Positions 19,689 through 30,573 of a DNA stretch of 64,000 bases are shown here, one piece after another (within the stretch, counting starts at the first letter, position 1; the number at the start of each line of letters is the position of its first letter). The position numbers and the translations under genes are program-made. Source of the stretch: Balanoglossus misakiensis (taxonomy: Eukaryota > Animalia > Hemichordata); NCBI GenBank assembly GCA_040954595.2, contig CM082598.2:4157737-4221736 (forward strand), read 5' to 3'. Below the pieces are notes generated by a model. The model saw only the letters and a list, made by a program, of their open reading frames with translations, searched no databases and had not been told where the DNA came from.

Positions 19689-20735
19689 ATGAGCAGTACT
19701 GAGGACGATTTGGAGGACGTGGGACCTTCCGCCATGACGAGGCCTATCATTTCCGTTACCATCACACCGAGACCGTTCACAACCGCCGGCCCGCGCAAGA
19801 AATCCAAAGCGCCTTCGAGGCCCCGAACGGTATCCGGAGACGAGGCTAAGATGGCGTCCAAAATGGCCAAGAACCGGAACGGCCAGCAACAGATTATGGA
19901 ATTGTTCAAAATGAAGAACCGGACGCCCATGCCGGCAATATGCAAAGATCCTGTGCCTGTCTGCGGCCAAAAGGTGTATTTTCAACAACAACCGGGGACC
20001 AACTGCGCAAGCCCAGTACCATCTATCACCAACTTGAAATCGGGACAGCGGCCGGGGGCCAGGCACCTATCGCTTGACATCGACCTCAGAAACAGCAAGG
20101 CTCACTGCCGTTGCTATAGAATCGACGACCGACTGAAGCAAAAAGTGCTGGTTATCAAGGACAGTGAAATTTTGGAGGATCCGATGCCCGAATACCAACT
20201 CCCAAAACACCGGAACCAACTCAGCGACCCTTTCGTGAGGAAACGAATCTACCCACAGAAGATGAAAGCTCCGGATGTTCAGTTCAGTGGCGGAATGCGC
20301 CATGTTAGAGAAAAATTGAGAAACAATGTAGCCTTTCCTGAGAAAACAATAACGTCCCGGCATGCGTGGACAGAGACTTTTGAAAAAGATGTGACGTCAC
20401 GCCACGGCAAGCACAAAATTGTCGTCTACTACAACAAAACAGAAAGTCCCGAGCAGATGGCGGGAAACCCTAGACTACAATTGGGTAGAGATAAGGTGGC
20501 AGTATACAGTGACGTGCAAAGCGGCTCGGCGCGGCCTCTGGATGGATGTTTGTACAGTTGCTTGAAAGACTCAATACATTCGTTGAAGCACGGAACGAAT
20601 GACTGTGAGGGGAAGTCTAGCGGAACAAGGAGACGACAGTCGACGCCGGTTCTTTCTGCGTCACTCAAACCCCACGGTCAGCGGGGAAAGAAAAGAATCA
20701 AGTCCGCCTGTAGTGTATCACCCGAGCAAGAATGA
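19689..20735 (+). CDS. Uncharacterised basic, probably disordered protein (348 aa), single coding exon
   Basis: 1047-nt ORF with raised GC relative to its flanks and good ATG context (caacATGA). An upstream polypyrimidine acceptor (..tttctgtag at ~19484) and a donor at ~18992 suggest a 5'-UTR intron. No domain recognised. Confidence 0.6.
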   Translation: MSSTEDDLEDVGPSAMTRPIISVTITPRPFTTAGPRKKSKAPSRPRTVSGDEAKMASKMAKNRNGQQQIMELFKMKNRTPMPAICKDPVPVCGQKVYFQQQPGTNCASPVPSITNLKSGQRPGARHLSLDIDLRNSKAHCRCYRIDDRLKQKVLVIKDSEILEDPMPEYQLPKHRNQLSDPFVRKRIYPQKMKAPDVQFSGGMRHVREKLRNNVAFPEKTITSRHAWTETFEKDVTSRHGKHKIVVYYNKTESPEQMAGNPRLQLGRDKVAVYSDVQSGSARPLDGCLYSCLKDSIHSLKHGTNDCEGKSSGTRRRQSTPVLSASLKPHGQRGKKRIKSACSVSPEQE

Positions 20736-22426
20736 TACATTGTATTTCGAGCACACATGTGCGTGAAAAGTCTTTCAACTTCAGTTCCTTTGCAGTCAGA
20801 GGTCCTGCATAACAGGGGAACAGTGTATATATTGAAGAAACGACATTATTTGGCAACACAGCCGTGTGATCCCCGCATTCAGTAAATTCCACTCGGTTTC
20901 TTGCGTGTGTGTACAGATACATGTACACGACACCTATTCCATTGTTTTCACAGTTACATATGTACCATGTAAATTTGACACGTGCCAACCACATTTTTTC
21001 TGGTGGCCAGCACATGTTCTTTAGAATATTGACATGTCCGCTTGAAAAATTTACGAGGAATGTGATGCAGGTTCAAAAAGTAGCCGTTCATGAAAAAAGA
21101 ACACGTGAAAGTTCGTGTTTGAAAGTCAGTTTCTGTAGATGTAGGCTGTTCTGTATGTATGTACCCTTTAAAATATCAATTCTAAACTATTCTGCATTCC
21201 ATCTTGTGTGTAATCGTTGTAAAATGTTGTCCATTCCATTGGCGACGCCCTCTTGAGAGGCAAATCACAATGTGAGGGAATGCTATGTTGCACACCGGAA
21301 GTCCTACAGGCTGGTCAGTCTCACGCCGCAAAGCACACTGGGTAAATTTCTGCCATGGCCGCTCATTTTGAACTGAAAGCTGGCGCGGTTTACTCCCGAT
21401 CTACGGACAAAGCCGGCTTGCTTGTGGTGGACCCGCGAGTCCGACGCCGAAGATTTGTTTCTGAACATGCACCTGTTCGTCTGTCCTTGGAGGTAAGAGA
21501 TGCATTTCTTCCTAATGGGGTTTTATCGTTCGTATAAACCTGACTCGCTTACGGTCACACGTGTAGCTATGCTATTTACGTACGTAGTACGGGAGTGACG
21601 TAATGCTCAACGGGCATTTGTGTTGTGGGGTCCTGCATGTTAAAATTGGTCGGTAATAGGCCCCCCAAAAATAATACGTGCTGTTCCAGTAACATGGTGT
21701 TCATAAATAGGGTATGTAGGTAAGGAAACAAAATTATTTCGAAATTCTGTTGTTCTCGGTGGAGAATTTGGATGCGGACAATTTAATTGTTACTACGAGT
21801 AATTTAATTGTTATCCTCTGATGTAAAGTACGTATACGCCCTCTTGTGGTAAACTATGATTTTGCGTTCGAAACGGTTTCCTCTCAAACATGAAAATGAC
21901 TGCACTGCTTTAGTTCAAAAATTTGTAATAACATCCCAGTCTAAATAAACTCGCTTCGCTTCGGTTTATAATTTGCAGCTATCCATAGGAATTCTAAAAC
22001 ACGTGATTGAGTGTCATTTTACATAATTGCCGGAAGCTGGACACCAAGATTTAAAAATGATTTTATTCATCTCATAAAACTACCATTTATTTTAAAATGC
22101 CTCGCCATCCTTCAACACATCTCAGGCAGTAAGACGCTGATGCTACCATTAAATATTTTTGCTCTGACTATCATGAGACGTGGAAGACATGTTTTCTACA
22201 GAGAATAAAGACACATTTATATATTGTGATGGACATAACAAATCAAAATAAAAAATTAAATCAGTTTCTGGTAAAAAAGTCAACAGCGTGTGATAGAATT
22301 CAGACTTGACAGAAAACGCGAGTGTCATAATATAGCAGTCGATGGGCTGTTTTTTATTAGCGTCATTTTCGGAACTATAAAATATAGCACTGTATGGAGT
22401 TGATTGTTGATTGGTTGCCATGGCAA

Positions 22427-22825
22427 TCACGACGCCGCCATATTGCGTACTGCCTCGGTTTCGGCTGCGTAGTTGCGGCATTTGTAGTCATAGAGACAGA
22501 CGAAGAGTCCAACCACCAGTATCATTCCTCCAATGGTCCCGGCAATCATTGCGGACGCCATGTCCATTGTGAAGGTCTGCGCTCCTGCGGGAGAATAAGA
22601 ACATAAAATTTTGGTACTAGGAGGGCGCTGTTCAGAACTAAGGTTGTACACTACACCCAAGTGTTTGACCTCTTGACACTTTCCTAAATATTCTTCTCTT
22701 GGCCGACATATGTATCATATACACATACATGGGATACAATGATAAACGCTCATACCTTCCTCGGCATATACAGAAGACGTCATAACCATCACCGCAAGTG
22801 CCAACAGGAAACCGTGAAGCGCCAT
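22427..22825 (-). CDS. 75-aa type I single-pass membrane microprotein, 2 coding exons
   Basis: Exon 22825-22756 has its ATG directly after a ttcctccag acceptor and encodes MALHGFLLALAVMVMTSSVYAEE, then donor gtatga. Exon 22584-22427 (acceptor ccgcag) encodes GAQTFTMDMASAMIAGTIGGMILVVGLFVCLYDYKCRNYAAETEAVRNMAAS*. Phases match, 228 nt total. Confidence 0.7.
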
Positions 22826-24527
22826 CTGGAGGAAAGAATACACAAACCGTATTTACTAAACACGTGATTGAATTACGCCCTCTGTGGTCAAAATGTTCAC
22901 GACCGAAGTTGTTTTGTTTTCATGCATGGCCACGCAGGTATGCGACGACCTAGAATGACCAAGCTGTCGGCTTGGGCGAACAAAGCAAACATGTACTGGG
23001 TTGAAACGTCTTTGCGTTAATGGAGCTACTCTAAGCGTTAATAAAATCAAGGCCGTGGAAAGTATATCCGCCCGCTATGTATAAAAAGGCAGACGAGGGC
23101 ATTAAATGTCGCGCATCGTTAATGGCCAAAGATGTCAGTAGCACCACTCTACTGTCTATGTTATAGCTAAATATTCAATGACTATAAGGAGCAATAATAA
23201 AGAGGTCGAGGTGGAAATATTTTAACCAGCTGACAGTCTGTGGATTGGTCAGTTTCGTGTCCCACTAATCGATCCACGCTACGGCAAGCACGATGAATAA
23301 CCACTCTTTACTGACCAAAATGTTAATGTGGGAAGCATTGTCATTAATTGTTGACAATGGACGACTAAGTTCGGTACGGTCACTCCAGTGGAGGAGTGAC
23401 CCATGACCTGTGGTGTGAAGGTAACATCATTTCTAAAAGACCACCTTTTGTGTCGAGTAACGAAGAGGGCGTTACGCAACAGTCGGGTTGATTGTTTCAC
23501 ATTGTAATACCAAAATGCAGTTGTCGGCATCCAAGTTATTCCAATCAGAGGGGAAAGTGCGGTATGCAGTCACGTATTACATGTAAAAGCAACTGTTTAT
23601 CGTGCAATGGCAGGGCTGAAAGATTTTGCTTAGCTATTCAATACCGTGTTTACACAAGTACAAGGGTCTATATATCATGTCGGCACTTTCTTCTGTTTTG
23701 TTTCTGAAGTTCACCGTGGATGTTTATGGAAATGGAAATGTCTCTCTTGAGAATTGAAACCCACAAGTGCGTTCACACGATGCTGGTTTTCTGCAAGTTT
23801 GTCAAAGTACCTATACACGCGAGATTCTAACCTGAATGTAGTTGGCAACCGATAGACCACAGGGAAGTCCGGTGCCGCTACGTCCCATACCCCGTGAGTC
23901 GAGTAACAGTACAATGGGGGTGGGGGAATAATGCCTGTCCCTACGGGGAGGGCCATTGTGGGCAATCAACACCGTCGGTGGACGCAGGCACGCACCACGC
24001 GTTCGGTACTTTCGCAGAATTAGCGAGACTCCGGGAACAGAGGAAGTAGTTGGGGTACACATTTCCCGCATGCAGTGTAAATATCGACCAGGGTCAGTGA
24101 AAGGGTTCAAACCCGCGGCCGGCCATGACATGCCACCCACCCACCCGCCCCAACGAAGCACCGCGGGTCAGATTGCTCACACTGTGGTACAGATCTTTCA
24201 ACGTTCTAGTGTTCGGTCCTGCTTTGAACGCGTAAGGAAAACAAACCCCGATCTTACCGTAAATATTGAGCTCGGCGAAAACTTCTAACGTGCAAGAAAA
24301 GACAGCTCTCGACTGTTAAAGTGAACAAGTGGTAGATATGTGTCAACAGCCAGCGGACGTGTTTTAAATCTAGGGCGTGCCAATGGTGAAAGTGCATATG
24401 ATTTGCATATAAATACAACATTCCTCTGTGATCGACAGGGCGCTAAGTGACTTCGACGCGGATTGCACCTATGAAGTCTTCGTGAGCCGGGTGCATTGTG
24501 GGACTCAGAAATGATGGCACTCATTTT

Positions 24528-25963
24528 GGCGGGAATTTTTTTCGCGCCTTTGACCAGTGACGTCACATATATGCAAATTTTCAAAGCTGCGAGTCAGCTC
24601 ATTAAAATCCGCACGGAATTTTCCAAAGATTTCGGAATTTTACAAATGTTAACTTTTCAGAGCCGCTAGCATGTCGAAATCGTACAGGTGGTTTTCAAAA
24701 AGCAAAATGTGGAAGTTTTATATGGTGATCTCAAACGGTGGTTTGTTTTTTAGAAAAAAGTACGGTTATTTGTATTCTCATCGGTGACTTGCATATTTCT
24801 ATCCAATATCGGCAAAAGTGGTTAAAATTAAGCGAGTTCGGAAGTTTTGAAAATACTCGGAGCCAAAAATCCATAGAAAAGTCAAAGCAATGATACGAGG
24901 AGATTTTGCGCGTGAAAAAGCGCGTGCAGCAAAAGCAACCAAAGCGCGCTCTGAATCCTTCGGTATTGCTAACAACTTTTTAGCCATTTTACTTTAACAC
25001 AAACAGTTTAACACAAAGGGTGCAAAGACTTAGCCTACTTTCTCTATTCGGATTTTCCAACTAGAAACTTTCGTCTTCTTCCAAAACGGGAATTTTCGGA
25101 TCACAACGTACACCGCTCTTGATGTTCTTCCATTTCACGAATATAACTGCGGGGAATCCTTAACTCTGGCCGCAGATTGTTCTCTTCCTGTTAATTTCCC
25201 AACTGAACAATGGAGGACGAAAACCGCGTACAATGTGTTGCTTGTATTCCTGTAAGAAATGAAAAAAATGGAAAGGATCAGTTTAGATATTTCCATAGAA
25301 GTCAAAACCACACAGGACAAAGATCTTATTCTGCCTCAAATGCGGTAACTGTCACTTATCAAATTCGAACATCAATACAGTCCAAATGACAGAAATCCGC
25401 GCCAAAATCGTCTTTCTTGTCAATTCAACTACTTGCTAGTGGAAAAGTGTGAATTTGGCGCGATGGTGCTTACAACGGAAAGATAAAAGTTCGCGCCATC
25501 GAACCTCACCCAAACCCGCGAACCACGTCCTAATTTGTCGATCATATCTATATGCAACGCGCTTAAAATCAAGCAAAGCAAAATCGACGCGGAAATAAGG
25601 GCTAGTTTAATGTAGCAAGGACTGGCAATAGTATAAACTGTTGAAGTACATACCTGTTGTCGATGTGATGTGCTTTTGGGGTGGCTAAACTTCAACTGCT
25701 GCGATGTTGTCACGTAGGCGCTGTCACTCACAATGATGAAGACTTCTCCTGTCAAAATGCACTGTGGCTTGATTTGCATATTATAATTATGACATCATAG
25801 ATTGTAGACACGTGATTACAAAACATCAGCCAATAGATTCAAACATGGGGCCAACCGCCACTACTGAACACCTTGTGTGAAGAATTCTCACTATGAAGGC
25901 TGCGCATTGTCAATGACACCTGTGTCGCTTACGAAACGGTTGAATTTGCCGCCATATTCAAAT
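24528..25963 (+). mobile_element. ~1.4-kb non-coding dispersed repeat, copy A
   Basis: Reverse-complement similarity along its length to 55963-58088, e.g. GGCGGGAATTTTTTTCGCGCCTTTGACCAGTGACGTCACA and CATGGGGCCAACCGCCACTAC. No transposase recognised. Confidence 0.8.
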
Positions 25964-28900
25964 TTTAGCGTCATTCTCGTCACAGCAACAGGCTGAGTGT
26001 AATAGGGTCCAAAGCGATGATAAAATGATCTGCGAAAAGGGTCAAACATCAGGCCAAGCGTCACTTATCAACACTTTTCGTGAACTATTCTCACTAGGAT
26101 TGCTGTGTATTGTCAATGACACCTGGTTTCTCTGGTAGGTAAACAGCATACCCCCGTTGATTTTATCGGTTCATCATACCCAACATTGAATGGTACAGCC
26201 CACGGAATGCTCTCACAGGGGGGCGCCATTTTATAATCTAACAACCACTTACTGCGCAAGTGCGCAAGTGACGTCGCATTGTATGACGTCACGCTTACGT
26301 CGCACTACATGTATTTGTGTTTATGAAAATATATGGGTACGTACCCATAACATGTATTTGTTAACACCATGGCAACTCACCAAGTCACTTATGGTTTATT
26401 TTATTTTGGCAAGTAAAGCATTATACAAACAAAAAGTTAGGAGTTTTATGCTACAAAGTAAATTGTCATTATCGTCAATGTCACCTGGGTCTCGTTGAAG
26501 TTTATTGAGATGACGAAGTCTTCGTCTAAAAACCGTTCGCGTCTCGTCATCATGATTCTCCGCGGGGTTGACCCAGCATGTATTTGCATACAGTGATTGT
26601 ATGTATATACTTCCACGAAGGAGAAATTGCGTTCGACGAACTATGGGTCGATCAGAGGGCACATAGTGTGACAGCGAGCGGCATTTCCTTCGCCATGCCT
26701 GAATTAAAATGCCCGAATTAAAAATGACATTTTTGGAGTATCATCATAGAATTCCTGTTGATGAGATTTGTTTCTTCTGATATTTTCTTGGTGACTTTTG
26801 TTTGTTGCGAGTGACATGCTAGTCCATTTGAAACAAAAACGAAAACCGCGTGTGTTCACTATCTTGTTTTCATAAAAATGACCAATTTATATAATAATGT
26901 TCTCCAAGGATTAAAAAGAGATTGGCGGCCATTTTGAATTTCAATTTTGAGGAAATATGCTCTGTAAAGTCTCGTACACAACTTTGCACACTGAGCCCAA
27001 TTTCTCTTATCGATTTTAAGCGAGAATAATCGACAATTGCCTTGAGGAGAATGTGAGATAGAGATTAGGACTTTTCGAGACTCATATTATGTGACGTATA
27101 CTAGTAGTAACCCCTCCCAACCAAACAAGCACCACCCTACAGATTTTGTCCCAAACAACTTATACCATAGTGGACAAAGAGCCTACAATATTTTGATTAC
27201 TTTCTAACATATAAGGCTAAGTATGTCTAGTCTATTCGACTGGGACCAAAATTGTCCGGACAAGGGTCGGCCAGACCTTGCTAGGACAAGGGCCTAGCCT
27301 TTTTTGAGTAATGTGAACGGCCTATAAGTTTAGACGGCCCAGTCCAGAAGACTGGCCCCTGGAATTGGCCCCTGGATAAGCTTTGTGCAGTGCAATTCTG
27401 TGAAAACTATCTATAATTGACCTGTGCAGGATGTGGCAGGCATATCGACATCAGGCAGGATTTTCCGTAATCTTAGACTTGTTTATTTGAGAGTGTAGGA
27501 GATAAATGGATCGCTCTTTGACATTAATGTTCTGTTTTTCGGAACCAGGAACGCATTTCCTTCCTTATTTGGTTAGAATGAAAGTTCAAAACTTCTGCTT
27601 ATTCCCACTTAATATTCACGGAGATAGATTATACCACACATCGCTGGTAAGTCGCTCACAAGAAAGATTTGACTTTCATCCCGATTTTGTGACTATCATA
27701 ACTGCGAATGTGAATAGAGGTATGTAGTCTTTTTTGCACTGGTCGGTAATCTTAGATCGCCGTAATAATGTATTCTACTGAACCTTTCATACCGCGAGCA
27801 TTCTTGCTGTCTGGTGTCTTGCTATTTCAATTTTAACGTAATATTCGATATGCAAAAATCAATCTCTGAGACCAGTCGCTGATCTGGTGACCGGAATTAC
27901 AGTATTTTAGCGACGGGTCTTTTAATCACGTTCACGCAAAATTAATAGCTGTAACTTTTCGCTATGGTTTCAATATTTTCGTTTTGTGTATCTACTGCAG
28001 CAGTTCAAAAGCGTGATGAAATGCCCAGTATTTAGCTTAGTAACACATCCTACACGTGTAGGCATTGTCAACATTGTTATCGTGCAAATTTTTAATTCAA
28101 TTCTGGACTAAATTTATATTTCAACAAATATAATAACCGTTACATGCATGTGTATTCATAGTACTCTCGCGGAATTGCTAGGTCAATGCCGCACATAAGG
28201 CTCATATCTCATGAAAAGTGATGACTTTTTCCTGATTCTCAGACTGAGACACCCTATAGCGGGCAAAACTGTCAATTTCCCACGATTTGGGGCGGAGATT
28301 GTATCACGTGGGCTTGTTGCACGTATTAGTGACTTTCCCGCGCCATCCAAAGCAGACGAGACATGGCGGTTGAACTGTGAGCATCCTGCTCTCGGTTGTG
28401 ATGATCTGAATTCGTACTTTACCTCTATCTTTCTTATATTCTCGTTCAAACCTTTCTCCACGTCTGTGGGAACACTTTGTCTGGAACCTCTGAGAGGTTT
28501 AGTTGTCTACGGATCGTAATTCCGAGGTTTTTCTTGGTATTTGTGTGAGTGCAACACTCAGGTCGGTCGGTTAGCAGTTTATACTGCATCCCTAAGCACA
28601 CGTTTTGCCGTGGGCAAGGTGTATACCGAACCAGGACTTGTAACGGACCGGTCTACGTCGTCAATGCTCGATGTTGAGTTGGCTGTCTGGTCCAAGGTTC
28701 GTCATTCACTGAGGCTTGACAATTTTCGGACCTCCGTTACATTGGTGGGAGCGGTAGATGTGATTTGTGCTGCTCGTTCGTTCAGTCTGCGTTTCGCAGC
28801 TGTGGACTTTCTTTGGGTGTTGCTTCCGTTGTTCTTATACATTGTTGCTATTTTGTTGAATAGCGTTATCGATTTTTTTGGTTAGTGTACCTCGCACGTG

Positions 28901-29748
28901 CACTGTGCGTGGTAGAATGGAGAATTTCGTTGACTTTGCTCCAGTGATCTCTCTCTGGCTACGTGACAGTATATATTATAATATAGACGTCATAATGCCA
29001 TGGTCACTAATCCTCAAATCGACTATTTTTGTTTAGTGTACCTCGCACGTGCAGTGGAACTATGGACAATTTCGTTGGCAGTGAAAATAATTTCCCACAA
29101 GGCGAACAAACAGGAGTTGATAAAACTCCAGGTCGGTCTCAGGAGGCGTCAAATGTTCATCAACCTGATGATTTTATACATTTGCCGCCAATTATGTCAC
29201 CTGATGGGGAAGTGATCGCGAGAGTCAACTTCTTCTTCTCTAGGGAGAGCGAGGCAAACAAAATATGCTCACTCCCTGTGCAGGCTGCGATGCACCTACG
29301 CCAATTGCTCAAAGCCGCGTATCAATCATGGGCACAGGCGAAGTATGCTATAGTATTGGGTCTGTAATTTCTGATGATGGTAGTGATTCTTTTATTGGCA
29401 AGTCTGATCGTCGCCAGGCAACTGGTGAACATCCGGTTATTGCAAAGGCTGGTGATGACTTCTGTAGCAGCGATCCAGAATCCATTCGGATGATGTTGAT
29501 TGATGTGAATATACATGGTATTACACATAAATATTTAGTTAATACCGGTTGTACGCACTTAATAATTAATTTCTAAGGAATTTTTCCACCTCATTTCGGA
29601 AAAAGAGCGTCCTCAAATGATTGTTTTGGGCAATTACCTTATACATTGCTTTACAAGTGTTTTTCCTTTAGAAACGACATTTGGATGATGGCGAGTTTTT
29701 ATGCATTCATTTTCAGATCGTCGAAGGCGAAATAAAATCTAGAAGTTG

Positions 29749-30245
29749 ATGACAATGGATCGATTCCAAGAAACCATATTAATAATTACATTGGCGTTTC
29801 TCGGAACCAGTGCAGGAAATGGTAGGATCTTGTTTCTAAACCGAATCTTTTGATGCCGAAAGTGGAAATAAAATTAGGGTAGTCGGGTAATCGGAACAGC
29901 ATATTTTTTTTTATTTGGCGTAAAAGAGAAAATATAAGCGAAAATACATTCTTTTCCTTTTCGAACAGAGTGTCCAAGAGTCCGGACACCAGCCAATGGT
30001 GTAACACATTTTCTGACGTCAGATGGTCGCCAGAGGCAAAGTTTTCCCGAACATTACGTCATCAGATTTGCTTGCCTTCCTGGCTTCCGATTGATTGGTT
30101 CCAACGAGATGTACTGCACGCCGTCAGGCAGATGGACTGGTACTCCTCCCGTATGCCAAGGTACAGGAATACGTCTGTCTGTCTGTCATGTACGTCTGTC
30201 TGTCTGTCTGTCTTTTTCTTTCTTTCTTTGCTTTCTCTCCTTCCT

Positions 30246-30289
<44 letters not shown>

Positions 30290-30422
30290 TCATGTGTTTG
30301 TTTGTTTGTTTCCTTCCTTCCTTCCTTCCTTCCTTCCTTCCTCCCTCCCTTTCTTTGTTCTTTCCTGCATTCATTCATTCATTCATTCATTCTCTGTTCT
30401 CTCTTTCCTTTCTTCCTATTTA

Positions 30423-30463
<41 letters not shown>

Positions 30464-30485
30464 TTCTTTCTTTGCTTTCTCTCAT

Positions 30486-30573
<88 letters not shown>

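Noticed and set aside
23711-24288. Overlapping ORFs in a GC-richer patch
   Set aside because: No recognisable motif or consistent splice sites; probably intron or 5' region of the microprotein gene, so unsupported as CDS.
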